A DNA stretch of 63,006 bases, filler included, from Nemertoderma westbladi (taxonomy: Eukaryota > Animalia > Xenacoelomorpha), in the NCBI GenBank assembly GCA_032718475.1. It is 4 parts of 4 records of this genome, joined end to end, with 100 filler letters (N's around TTAATTAATTAA, not from the genome) between each part and the next. Parts side by side here need not be neighbours in the genome. Positions count along the whole stretch, not along the records: positions 1 to 21,408 come from JAUCBJ010006075.1; positions 21,509 to 36,230 come from JAUCBJ010006405.1; 2 more parts are not named here. The stretch is one strand, 5' to 3'. Shown piece by piece: positions 13,188-25,329 of the stretch (its first letter is position 1; every line of letters begins with the position of its first letter). The notes under the pieces were generated by a model. It was not told where the DNA came from, ran no database searches, and was given only the letters and a program-made list of their open reading frames with translations. A program made the position numbers and the translations under genes.

Positions 13188-13716
13188 TACTAGGATCGGC
13201 ATGCCGCATTGCAGCTGCATTTTTAAGAATGCTGTGCCGGCTTCAGCTCTCGGGGCAAATACCGCACCCTGGTTTGCCATTCCACAGGGTGGGTGTCGCA
13301 ATGGAGTCAGATATGAGGCCCATCACCCATATCTACTCTGGCGCACATGACCCACCATTGGCTGTTGCAGCTCATCTGTTGGGTCATGCCCTGTACCCCT
13401 GCTGCCAGGTGCAGGTCGCAGTGAAGTGCTCTCAGAGTGGACATGAGAACACTCTACTCCTGACCAGCCATTCGTAGATCACCATCTGCCTGGTCAGGCC
13501 ATATACCCCTGCAGCCAAGTATATGGGTCCTTAATCCAGGACCAAGGGCGTCCTTATCCCAGAACGAAGGGGGTCCTAGTTACAGGACCAGATTTGCCCT
13601 AGTAATAGGGTCTATGCAGCTACAGGTGGCACCTCCTTTATGCTGCATGGAGGTGACAAGTTTTCTTGATCAATGACCTAGAATACCTGACCTGAAAAGG
13701 TCAGGTATTCTAGGTC
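13188..13716 (-). mobile_element. ~530-bp non-autonomous retroelement sharing its 3' end with an RTE-like LINE
   Basis: 3' ~60 bp nearly identical to 29952-30012; TAG-type tail; 12-bp direct repeat GTCTCCAACCAC at 13176-13187 and 13714-13725. Confidence 0.75.
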
Positions 13717-14225
13717 TCCAACCACAACCCACGCGTATAGAAGAATACATAAAAATTAAAAGTTTATAAGTGATGATCAATATTTAATATTATAACTTTA
13801 AATTCAGAAAATATAGGAAAGCAATCAAAGGGTTACAAGTGTTAATAATATATTCTGTAAATATGATATTGGAGGTTAAATTATCCTGGGAGCAATTAAT
13901 TGTCCGGGGCCAATTGTCCTACTGTAGTTCCCTAGTACAAATTGAAACGAAATTAATGTGTTATTACGGGATGGAATAGAGCTCAGGTTACCTGTATAAA
14001 ATAATAATATTAAATATTAACAGTAATAACAGCTTTCTGTCAATCAGAGATTAAACTAACTAAACAAAGAATAAATAATAAATAAATGAAAAATAAACTC
14101 CTTCCCCTCCCCTTCTTTGTTCATTAAAAACTTATCTTTAAAAAAATTGATTTTGTTTTTTATAACCCTTGAGTTATGTGCACATACAATCTATAAATAA
14201 TCACTGTATTTAATACAACACGCAC

Positions 14226-14386
14226 CTCTGCAAGGTGTGTGCGAGACTTGGGAACACAGCCTTGGCCGCCTCATCAGGCCCCATCATCGCCAACCCTGGG
14301 AGCCTATCCGCTTCGCTCTGAATTCTCTTTATGTGCGTGAAAGCTTCCTCCGCAGCTACCATCAGCCTCGCACGTCGTTTCCGCAC
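14226..14386 (-). CDS. Vangl: Vangl exon 4
   Basis: TTAG|VRKRRARLMVAAEEAFTHIKRIQ...MGPDEAAKAVFPSLAHTLQ(R)|GTGCGT; phases 0 and 2 match both neighbouring exons. Not shown in this frame in the ORF track. Confidence 0.95.
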
Positions 14387-14393
14387 CTAATAA

Positions 14394-14590
14394 TGTAAGC
14401 AATAAGATAATAAAGTAAGCAATTTGAAAATAAAGTATGTTATAAGATAATAAAGTAAGCAATGTGATAATACGGTATGTTATAAGATAATAAAGTAAGC
14501 AATAAGATAATAAAGTAAGCAATAAGATAATAAAGTAAGCTATAAGATGATAAATTAAGCAATAAAATAATAAAGTAAGCAATAAAGTAA
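14394..14590. repeat. 20-bp minisatellite (GTAAGCAATAAGATAATAAA)n
   Basis: About 10 degenerate tandem copies next to the exon 4 acceptor. Confidence 0.85.
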
Positions 14591-14916
14591 TCAATTATTA
14601 CTATTATAATTCTAAACAAAATTTAATATTAAATAGTTGTTTAAATTTGATTTTTTTATGTTTAATTTATAGTTTGATTGAACAGTTATTGTAGTTGATT
14701 AACTTATTGATAAATTTTTTCAAATTACTGTACATTGATCAACAATAATGATCCTCTAATATCTGTCCTGAAATTGAGACACAGCAACAAAGCAATTTTT
14801 TCAATATCTTACAGAAAATGCCGAGTTCTATATAATTTTAATGCAGATTGCATAAAGCCATGTTTGTAATCAAGTAATTGGGGAACCGTACTATACGTTT
14901 GTAATAATAACATTTA

Positions 14917-15435
14917 CGTGGGGACTTCATGCAGCACTTAAGACAAGATGAGCTTTTGCGTAGCAGCAAAATTAGTTGACCTAGTCATTCGCCCCCTAGC
15001 GGCTGACAAAGGAACTATCTGTGTGTAGAATTTTTAAACTTTATATAGACTACATCTGTACCAAGTTTGATTTCATTTCAACAATAATTAATCAACAATA
15101 ATTGATCAAACATATCCAACAATGACGAGAGACAACAACAATGAAGTTATACCTATTCTAGAACTCTACAATTCTAGTGTGGGAAGAGCTCGTAGACTAG
15201 GAGAGGCGGTATAATTACTGGAACGTCTGTCATCGTCATTTAAAATGTTTGAAAGCAAATAAGTCGGCCAATTTTTGATTAAATGGAACCAAACTTGGTA
15301 AATATGTTGTCTATAAAAAGTTTAGAAATTGTAATCACATACTTATAGTTACCTTCTCAGCCGCTGGGGAGCGACCAGATCCACTAATTTCACTGCAAAG
15401 ACTCAACTTGACTTGGTGCGGCGAAGTCCCCCACG
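14917..15435. mobile_element. Inverted pair of a dispersed repeat (MITE-like)
   Basis: CGTGGGGACTTC...CGCCCCCTAGCGGCTGA...TACCAAGTTTGATTTCATTT on the left is mirrored at 15280-15435; another copy at ~18277-18450. Confidence 0.6.
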
Positions 15436-15871
15436 AAAGTATAGATTGAAGTAGGCCTTACAGTATTGTTGTAATGATCAATTGACTGAAATATTTTATT
15501 AAATTTCATGGGCCTACAGCATTACAAATGTGTGATGAATATATAGAGATAGATTAGATAAATTAATAGCCTTTCCAGCTTTCGTTATATTATTAATAAG
15601 TTTAGAATCCAGTACTCAATTAAACAGATAAACCGTCACTATAATAGAGATAGTTACCGTTTCAATCCAACATGACATAGGATAATGGATTACCCCTAAA
15701 ACATTGCGGCCTTTAGTGAAGGAGAGGATGAACACCCCATATGTTCGAAGGGTTTCTCAGACGGTAGAAATAAAGATTGTTGGTAAGAATTGTTTCTGCT
15801 TGGGTCTATAAAACACTTAGTATTTTCAGCTATCGCTTTATTCGCTACAACATTATCTATAATCAACGCAC

Positions 15872-16108
15872 CTTTCTCTCGATCTCGGATTCCTCATAGA
15901 ATCGATCGTTCCTCCCGCTATCTCGTTGTCTCGCCGCCGCGGCTAACAAGGCCTGAGACGCCCCTAGCGGGTCCTCATTCCCACCGTCTACGTTGTAGAA
16001 CTTAAACCCGGCGAAGTGTTTGAGACTTCGACTTGGTATGTTTATAAGGTTCGGGTTGTACAACGGAAAGTCTCGATAGTAGAATTGTAGAATTTGTTCT
16101 GCCGTTTC
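15872..16108 (-). CDS. Vangl: Vangl exon 3
   Basis: TAACAG|ETAEQILQFYYRDFPLYNP...GFKFYNVDG...AAAARQRDSGRNDRFYEESEIERK|GTGCGT; 237 bp, phase 0/0. Confidence 0.93.
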
Positions 16109-16361
16109 CTGTTAAGGGCAGTTCCAATTAAAGAAGCCAAGTTTATAAATATCTATAAGTTACATTTGAGAAGAAACTTTTTACAGGAGTAGTGCAGATT
16201 AATAGCATTACGCAGGTAGTGAAAAGTAATTTTCAGCGGGAATTCAACATAAGTGACCTCTTAGCCATTCGTTTTTTTATTTTTTTTTTATATATTTATT
16301 TATTTTTTTTTATTTGTCGCAGTGCAATTTTATTTTCTTGGCGCCCTCTAATGGAACTGTC

Positions 16362-17174
16362 CTGAATAGGATAAGCCGGCAAATTGTAGAAGCGAGTTTC
16401 GCCGTCCGTCCCTCGTATAACTTTAACCGTAAATAGAACTCGTCTTGATCTTATCTCAAAGAATAACAAAGCCAAATAATGTATAAAAATTAGGCCATCC
16501 ACTAGAGATGAAGCGAATTCAACAATATTCTGGTACGAATGAATTTTTAGTTTTAGAATTCGAATGCAAAACACCAGCCAATAGGTAGTGAGAATTAATA
16601 TTATTAATCCAATTACGATAAGTTTATGAATAGCAGCTCGCGGTAATGTAGATAGTCTCCTTCGAAGGAATAAACCCCAGGTTCCGAGGCCCAAAACGAT
16701 AAATTTAAAACCGAAATTAATAAATATAGAGTCGCATCCAGTACCACATGTCTCATATTCCCATAGAAACAGAGGAAGTATTATAAATATAATAGGAGTT
16801 AGGTAAGCTGATACACAAACGCAGGTTGATATACTGAGTAGTAAACAATTCCAACCGTTCCTGCCTCCCCATTGGTTAAGGGATGATGAGTCATCCTCGA
16901 TATCTTTCATTAACATGTGTTGAGCTTCCCCATTGGTTGAGGTTCTATCAGCGCTTGTTGCCGTGACTACGGTCTGTGTTTCGGTCCAGTCCTCGGGGAG
17001 TCTCGAGTGCAGACCCCGTATTGGAGACTCCGCCCTATTGAATGTGACCTCTAGCGGCGATATTCGAGGGGAGACAATTCGCCTGGCTGAATCGCGTTTG
17101 CTGATTGGCTGTTTGTCGTCGCTTTTTTTAGATGGTGTGTTGTTAGTGGAAGATGAGTAATCTGGGAATTTCTC
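16362..17174 (-). CDS. Vangl: Vangl exon 2 (Ser/Thr motif and four transmembrane helices)
   Basis: TTTTAG|EKFP...EDWTETQTVVTATS...FASSLVDGLIFIHYLALLFFEIR...VIRGTDGETRFYNLPAYPIQ; 813 bp, ending at a GA donor. Confidence 0.92.
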
Positions 17175-18613
17175 CTAAAACAACATAAAATATAAAGCTA
17201 ACATATTTTATTCTCAAATAATATTCGCAGTCGTGAGCCCATATACACGGGGCGAGCCACGAAGTAAGGTGCGGAGCCTTAGCTTAGGCCTAAGTTAGTT
17301 ATGGTTAACAACGTGAATTCCGCATAAACATTACCAATAATCGCAACAATACTGACAGAGGGGGGGGGGGGGGGGGGGGGTGAAGCGAATCACATCCCGA
17401 TGAATTAACATTGTTAATTATGAATTACCAATGGAAAGGAATAGGTTACAGCGGCATGCTATTCTAACGAATACAATAAACTCGAGTCAATATGACATGT
17501 CACAGTTTATATTGTAATTTTTGTTTTTGTTTTTTCAGTCGTTTTCCCTGGATGAGTAGAATGTATTTTTTTCATCGTCTCCGTTACATCTGCAATAATA
17601 GAGCAATTTACTATTTAATTTACTATCTGGTGTATTTGCATATAGCGATGATATTGTAATGTATGTACTTGAAATAATTTAAAACATATATCCGTGTAAT
17701 TAACTTATTAAATTATTTATTTGTATATATATATATATATTAGGTAGTATTAATCATACTTAAATACGCGTTTGAGCCTTTGTTTAAATATTATTTTCTT
17801 GGACGATTGTTGCGACTCTTAGCCCTCTGCCCAATTTCACACAAATTAATTAAAGCTTATATTTGTCCCGGTATTTTGCCTGACGGTTAATGTACCGTCA
17901 TTTTAATATTATCCGTCCATTTGTCTATTGTTTTGTTTGTTTTTGTTACATTGTTTTCCGTTGTTACGTCTCTTCTTGTCAGTTGCTTGTGGCTATTTAC
18001 TGGTAATTTTATCGTCAATAAACTTAATAATAATAATATGGCTTGTCTCATACCTATTATACTGTATATTATGGTGTCGGTGTCATTGCGCACGTTCAAA
18101 CATTGAGGAAGTTGGGGTTGGACAATGTCCAACACTTAGTTCTTTCGGTGGTTTTTTTTGAAGATCGGCCTTAGTCAGGAATCGAATTCGTGTATCCTAC
18201 AATACGAACCATAGGATACACTAGTAGGATACAAGTGTATCCTACAACAGAAAGGAACCATACAGGATACAAATAAGTGGGGACTTCACGCAAGATGACC
18301 TTTTGCATTTAGCTACAATTAGTGGTCCTAGTCATTCGCCCCCTAGCGGTAGACAGATAAATTATAGAAGTCTGTCTGTGTATAGAATTTCCCAAGTTTT
18401 TATAAACTAGGCCCTACATCTTTACCAACTTTGTTTCAATTTCATCCAAGATTAACTGACTTATTCACGTTCCAACATTTTCGACAACGACCTAATGGTT
18501 CCACTACAGCTCACCTGAACTTACCTATGGCTCGCCCCATGCTAGTATACTGTAGTTATTTTCCATGTAATAATATAATTTTTAATTTAATAATTTCCTA
18601 CATACTAACTAAC

Positions 18614-18931
18614 CTTACTAGTAGACAATCCAACATTGTTAGAGACCATATCAGCAACACCAAGATGGGCAACACCAGACGGCAGCTGAATGACCCCTCC
18701 CGGCAGCTGATAGACCTTGCTAGGCAGCCTACCATTGGGTGATTTTAACAGCTTCCCGGTTCCCGGCTCATAATCTTGGCAACTCCCTCTGGCGGGCAGT
18801 CTTGGGACCGAGGTGTGTAAATCGTTAATAATGTTGTTGGTGATTATAGTTCCATTGTTCTGTCCGTAACATCTAATATTTCCAACATTTGGCCCATTTT
18901 TACGGACACTGGACTCGTGAGATTTATCCAT
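18614..18931 (-). CDS. Vangl: Probable Vangl exon 1
   Basis: ATG-initiated 106 codons ending at AAG|GTTAGT, phase 0, in frame with exon 2 (total 630 aa). The sequence is not recognisably conserved. Confidence 0.6.
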
Positions 18932-19584
18932 TTATACAGTAGAACAAATTCGCCCTGAATATGTCTACCAAAACTACAATCTGTGAAATTATCACATTCC
19001 ATACAAAAACTTATACTTTAAGTACTTATTCCCAAGGTAATATATCCTCTCAATGTTAAATTACCAATTTAGGGAATGGAGCAGGTTATACTGTACAATA
19101 ATATATTGCTTAAAAAGACAATTTGTGGAATAATATAATTTAGACAACAGGCCTACCCGGCTGGGCAAAAAATTGTATCTTTGAAAAAGCTGTAATGTGG
19201 TGCGTTTAAACTTCGTAATGAGAAAAACTAATTTAAATAATTCATTATGGTGACGGGATCAGAAAAGTCTGTCTGTTGGTTGGGAATATATCGAGAGTTA
19301 AAAGCTTAATGAATAACTTAGCTTAATAAAATAATTGGAATTAATTATTCATGACTTTGGCGTAAAGAATAAGTATAAATACAAGAATAGCTGTGATTGG
19401 TTTCACTAACATCGGCCTACCTCAATAAAAACAACATGAAGTAATGGTAATATTTCGAGAAATTATCTTTAAAAGTGAAAAAATCGATTTTGAAATACTG
19501 TACTCTATATAGAATTGGTTGAATTTATTGTATCAATTCAATACGTAACCTATTTAGCATCAAAAAACAGTCTTATAGTCTTAA

Positions 19585-20561
19585 GGGGATCAGTATACAG
19601 GCATTCAAATTTTTTTTCTAATTTGTCCGTCAGTATGTCTGTCCGTCAATAAAAAGCAAACTATCTGTATTCCCTACAGTATATGGGTTTTCGTGGTCGG
19701 TGACTTCATTTCTGATGTCAATATTCAAATTTGGCCTCGTCGTTTCTGACTGTATGACTGTCAGTATGTCCGTCAAAATATAACCGACAGACTGACTGCC
19801 AAACAGACAATTTGGAAGTCATCAAATGTTAAAACTGACACTCGAAATGAATTCTGCGACCAGGAAAACGACTCTAGCTAAACTCTGAACTAGATTGTAT
19901 GCCTTTTTCTTATATTTGACGGACAGATTGTCGGATAGTCAGAAAGACCGACAGACAGACATACAGACAAACAAGAATTGATTAAAAGTGAAAAAACTGA
20001 CCTCAGAAATTAAATCAGCGACCAGGAAAACCCCATAGCAAAAATCTTAGCATGGTTTTGTGCTTTCTTTTTGCTAGGTATATATTGACAGACATTATTT
20101 CATAATTAATGAACAGACAGTTTTTGCGCGGGAAGGTTCAAATTTTAAATGGATTTTTCTCAAAATGTGTTTTTCAAATTTTTTCGGTACATGTTTCTCA
20201 GCTGCCATTTGAGTTATAGACTTGAAAATTTCTCACTAGGATGATTTTTTTACCGTAGAATAACGTAAAACAATTAGTTTGTTTTATATTGTGACACAAT
20301 TTGTGTAGACATAAGCACCGAATTGTAATTTTAATGTTTGTGACACTAATTATTTGGCTATTTTTTTTTTAATTAGGTCAATTTTACAAAAAAATAAGCT
20401 AAATATATTAAAAAAACTTGAAATTCAAAAAAAATTGGTTCACCAGAAAGCCCATTAAATTCCAGTTGGAATGCAAGAATAGTTGGCCTATAAGTAATCT
20501 GATGCGTTCTAACCGAGGCTTAATCGTAGTTTGTATGGTAAAAATGCCTGTATTACTCCCC
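19585..20561. mobile_element. Non-autonomous DNA transposon with TTAA target duplication (Kolobok-like)
   Basis: TTAA|GGGGATCAGTATACAGGCATT ... AATGCCTGTATTACTCCCC|TTAA, with internal inverted subrepeats. Confidence 0.7.
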
Positions 20562-21029
20562 TTAATATTGTTATTTTATAATTAATTAAAAATAATGTAT
20601 TAAAAATCTAAACTCAATTTGAAATTAATATATAAAAAACAACTAAATTAAATGAATTAAACAAATCGCTCGGCGAAATATTATTTGCAGTTATGAGCAA
20701 ATTTTGTCTGCGAAATCCATATATAGGCCTATGGATTGAATTAAAGCGATACAGGACGTTGATAATGGAAACTAATACTGCATCGATGCCGGTATACACA
20801 GTTAATGTGTCAGCTATCAGTTTATTGACATTCACAAGTGTTTTAGATATCACGCATAAGCTGCTAGTTAGCCAGCTATCGACGTAACAAATTATTATGC
20901 AAATAGTACTTTCATATTAGCCTGAAAATTAAATTGTAAAACTGAAATTTGTGCTGAAATTTCCATTGAAAATTGCCTGGCCTGATATGATTGACTAACA
21001 TTTTCAGGAAATCACTGGTTGTTTTGGCG

Positions 21030-21408
21030 AAATTACTTGAACTCAGAATTGATGTTTGCTACACAAGACTACTAAGGGCAGCCCAAAACATCAGCTGGAG
21101 ACAGCACATGACAAACGCCGAGCTTTATGGTACAATACCACCTGTATCAACCACCCTCCGTGAACGCAGATTAAGATTCAGTGGGCACTGCTGGCGAAGT
21201 AAAGACGAGGTCATACCAGATCTACCTTTCTGGCAACCAACACAAGGAAAGCGTAGTCGTGGACGACCTGCCATAACATAAATAGATCAACTTGAAAAGG
21301 ATACTGAAATTGGGAGAAACGAAATTGCAACAACTATGGAGAATCGGGAAGCCTGGAAGGATCTTCTTTACAATGCCCGAGCTCGCTCGACCTAGTAGTA
21401 GTAGTAGG
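21030..21408 (+). mobile_element. 3' remnant of an RTE-like LINE
   Basis: YTRLLRAAQNISWRQHMTNAELYG...RLRFSGHCWR...WQP...RGRP followed by a (TAG)n tail. Confidence 0.8.
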
Positions 21409-21508
21409 NNNNNNNNNNNNNNNNNNNNNNNNNNNNNNNNNNNNNNNNNNNNTTAATTAATTAANNNNNNNNNNNNNNNNNNNNNNNNNNNNNNNNNNNN
21501 NNNNNNNN
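21409..21508. other. Assembly gap/linker (N-TTAATTAATTAA-N)
   Basis: 100-bp spacer with stops in all six frames. Confidence 0.97.
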
Positions 21509-23835
21509 TAGACGCACCCAGTGGTGCACGGGCCCTTAGACGCACCCAGTGGTGCACGGGGCCTTAGACGCACCCAGTGGTGCATGGGGCCTTAGACGCA
21601 CCCAGTGGTGCGTCACGGGGCCTTAGACGCACCCAGTGGTGCGTCACGGGGCCTTAGACGCACCTAGTGGTGCACGGGGCCTTAGACGCACCCAGTGGTG
21701 CGTCACGGGGCCTTAGACGCACCTAGTGGTGCACGGGGCCTTAGACGCACCCAGTGGTGCGTCACGGGGCCTTAGACCCACCAGGTGGTGCGTCACGGGG
21801 CCTTAGACGCACCCAGTGGTGCACGGGGCCTTAGACGCACCCAGTGGTGCACGGGGCCTTAGACGCACCCAGTGGTGCACGGGCCCTTAGACGCACCCAG
21901 TGGTGCACGGGGCCTTAGACGCACCCAGTGGTGCACGGTGCCTTAGACGCACCCAGTGGTGCACGGGGCCTTAGACGCACCCAGTGGTGCTTCACGGGGC
22001 CTTAGACGCACCCAGTGGTGCACGGGGCCGTAGACGCACCCAGTGGTGCACGGTGCCTTAGACGCACCCAGTGGTGCACGGGGCCTTAGACGCACCCAGT
22101 GGTGCACGGGGCCTTAGACGCACCCAGTGGTGCACGGGGCCTTAGACGCACCCAGTGGTGCACGGGGCCGTAGACGCACCCAGTGGTGCACGGTGCCTTA
22201 GACGCACCCAGTGGTGCACGGGGCCTTAGACGCACCCAGTGGTGCGTCACGGGGCCTTAGACGCACCCAGTGGTGCACGGGGCCGTAGACGCACCCAGTG
22301 GTGCATGGTGCCTTAGACGCACCCAGTGGTGCACGGGGCCTTAGACGCACCCAGTGGTGCACGGGGGCCTTAGACGCACCCAGTGGTGCACGGGGCCTTA
22401 GACGCACCCAGTGGTGCACGGGGCCTTAGACGCACCCAGTGGTGCACGGGGCCTTAGACGCACGCAGTGGTGCGTCACGGGGCCTTAGACGCACGCAGTG
22501 GTGCGTCACGGGGCCTTAGACGCACCAAGTGGTGCATGGGGCCTTAGACGCACCCAGTGGTGCGTCACGGGGCCTTAGACGCACCCAGTGGTGCGTCACG
22601 GGGCCTTAGACGCACCTAGTGGTGCACGGGGCCTTAGACGCACCCAGTGGTGCGTCACGGGGCCTTAGACGCACCTAGTGGTGCACGGGGCCTTAGACGC
22701 ACCCAGTGGTGCGTCACGGGGCGGGGCCTTAGACCCACCAGGTGGTGCGTCACGGGGCCTTAGACGCACCCAGTGGTGCACGGGGCCTTAGACGAACCCA
22801 GTGGTGCACGGGGCCTTAGACGCACCCAGTGGTGCACGGGCCCTTAGACGCACCCAGTGGTGCACGGGGCCTTAGACGCACCCAGTGGTGCACGGTGCCT
22901 TAGACGCACCCAGTGGTGCACGGGGCCTTAGACGCACCCAGTGGTGCGTCACGGGGCCTTAGACGCACCCAGTGGTGCACGGTGCCGTAGACGCACCCAG
23001 TGGTGCACGGTGCCTTAGACGCACCCAGTGGTGCACGGGGCCTTATACGCACCCAGTGGTGCACGGGGCCTTAGACGCACCCAGTGGTGCACGGGGCCTT
23101 AGACGCACCCAGTGGTGCACGGGGCCTTAGACGCACCCAGTGGTGCGTCACGGGGCCTTAGACGCACCTAGTGGTGCACGGGGCCTTAGACGCACCCAGT
23201 GGTGCGTCACGGGGCCTTAGACGCACCCAGTGGTGCACGGGGCCGTAGACGCACCCAGTGGTGCACGGTGCCTTAGACGCACCCAGTGGTGCACGGGGCC
23301 TTAGACGCACCCAGTGGTGCGTCACGGGGCCTTAGACGCACCCAGTGGTGCACGGGGCCGTAGACGCACCCAGTGGTGCACGGTGCCTTAGACGCACCCA
23401 GTGGTGCACGGGGCCTTAGACGCACCCAGTGGTGCACGGTGCCTTAGACGCACCCAGTGGTGCACGGGGCCTTAGACGCACCCAGTGGTGCACGGGGCCT
23501 TAGACGCACCCAGTGGTGCACGGGGCCTTAGACGCACCCGGTGGTGCGTCACGGGGCCTTAGACGCACCCAGTGGTGCACGGGGCCTTAGACGCACCCAG
23601 TGGTGCGTCACGGGGCCTTAGACGCACCCAGTGGTGCACGGGGCCGTAGACGCACCCAGTGGTGCACGGTGCCTTAGACGCACCCAGTGGTGCACGGGGC
23701 CTTTGACGCACCCAGTGGTGCGTCACGGGGCCTTAGACGCACCCAGTGGTGCGCGGGGCCTTAGACGCACCCAGTGGTGCACGGGGCCTTAGACGCACCC
23801 AGTGGTGCACCCAGTGGTGCGTCACGGGGCCTTAG
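21509..23835. repeat. GC-rich 28/31-bp satellite GGGGCCTTAGACGCACCCAGTGGTGC(GTC)AC
   Basis: About 80 tandem copies read directly. Confidence 0.98.
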
Positions 23836-24435
23836 GGAGAAGTCACCAATTGTACAATGTACTGTCCGCCGTTGGTGTTAGAAATAAAACTGAAACATTT
23901 CTGTAGAAAACAGTAATTAATAAAAGTAAGAGTTATTATATTTATATAAATTAATTATTGTTTGCATCCATCAATGGTTCACTTCATACCTAATCAATTA
24001 ATATTTTAAAGTTAAACTCTTTAATTAAAACTATTTCTACAAGAGTTATTTCAAGAAATTTTAATTAAAGAAGCGGCGAAAACTCAAATATTTTTAGAAG
24101 GCGACTGACATACTGTACGTGTACACTACTGTACAGGTAGGGAAGATGCCAAAACATTTTGTACTCAAAGTTAAAATAAAACATTTTATTTCCCGCTAAT
24201 TAAATAACTAAAATAGCAGTTTTATTCTTTACAAATATTGCATTATTATTAGCTTTATCGTTATTGCAAAGCAAAACCAACCAAATTGCATAGAAACAAG
24301 TATAAATATGATAACTAATAATAATAGAAAGGAATTCTAGAACAGACTTCCTTGCTAATAATAGTTAATAAAACAAGTTAACAATGTATTAGCATGGCGT
24401 CTTGGTGTTATATGGTTAGTATTACTAGAGTATTA

Positions 24436-25329
24436 CTAGTTATATTGTTGTGGGTTGATTACGATACAATGTTTGGCTAGTTGTTTAATCGCGATAAACT
24501 GCCGCTTAAATTCCAAACCGCAACCTTTGGATAACCGGAAGTCGACCAACGACATCCCCCCGCCTACCGGAAGTACCGCGACCCGGAACACCAAGTCGAC
24601 CTTCCGTTTATCCAACAAACTAACCGCGTAAATACCGCGGTCTATCGACTTAAACTGGTAACCTAAACGCGAGAAAATCACGAGGAATTCAGCGTGGATA
24701 TCCGATTCGGTGTAGTTCGTAAAGAATCGAGTCATTCTCTTGACGAGTTTAGCCAGCGGGTTGGAGCCTTGGGTCAGTTGGGTAGTCAAGGATTGGGTGC
24801 TTAGCAACATGTCCCCGCCGTCAGTGGGCTGCGAGAAGAACAGTTCGATCTGGGGGTCGCGTCTCGGGGGTTTAAATCCGTCGACTGGAGGAGGAGGCGG
24901 CATCGGTTGGCTGTAGACCGCCGACGGTACAGTCTGGTAGTTCTCTTTGTCCGGAGAAGGGCCAACTCTAAACCATCTATCGGCACGGATAGCTAACACT
25001 GTGGCTCGGGACTCGACTACCGGATTTAGTATCTTACAGAGGAGTCCGAGACACTCTGTAGATAGTTTACACCACGGGGAGTTAGTGTAGCCCTTAGCCA
25101 ACCAGGCGGCGTACTGTACCGCGGTAGTCGAGGGTGTGTCCCACGGTAGTTCTCCCGCTAGCATCGTGACCAAAACGATCCCGCAGCTCCAGATGTCGGC
25201 GGGTTCCGCGAGGTATTCCGCTCTCGCGAATACCTCCGGCGCCGAGTAAGGGGGAGTCCCGCAACAACGACTCAACTTACGAGTTTTATCTTTTATACGG
25301 AAGGCGGTACTCAGTCCGAAATCCGAGAT
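24436..25329 (-). CDS. chk1: Serine/threonine kinase Chk1, exon 2
   Basis: CTAAG|ISDFGLST...CGTPPYSAPE...DIWSCG; SQ sites (YSQP, FSQP); C-terminal RMTRFF and DFRLSKGCGLEFKR motifs. Confidence 0.95.
   Translation of the reverse strand: MSDFGLSTAFRIKDKTRKLSRCCGTPPYSAPEVFARAEYLAEPADIWSCGIVLVTMLAGELPWDTPSTTAVQYAAWLAKGYTNSPWCKLSTECLGLLCKILNPVVESRATVLAIRADRWFRVGPSPDKENYQTVPSAVYSQPMPPPPPVDGFKPPRRDPQIELFFSQPTDGGDMLLSTQSLTTQLTQGSNPLAKLVKRMTRFFTNYTESDIHAEFLVIFSRLGYQFKSIDRGIYAVSLLDKRKVDLVFRVAVLPVGGGMSLVDFRLSKGCGLEFKRQFIAIKQLAKHCIVINPQQYN

Noticed and set aside
21409-21508. TTAATTAATTAA palindrome within Ns (also at 36231 and 53471)
   Set aside because: Artificial contig linker; adjacency across these gaps is unproven.
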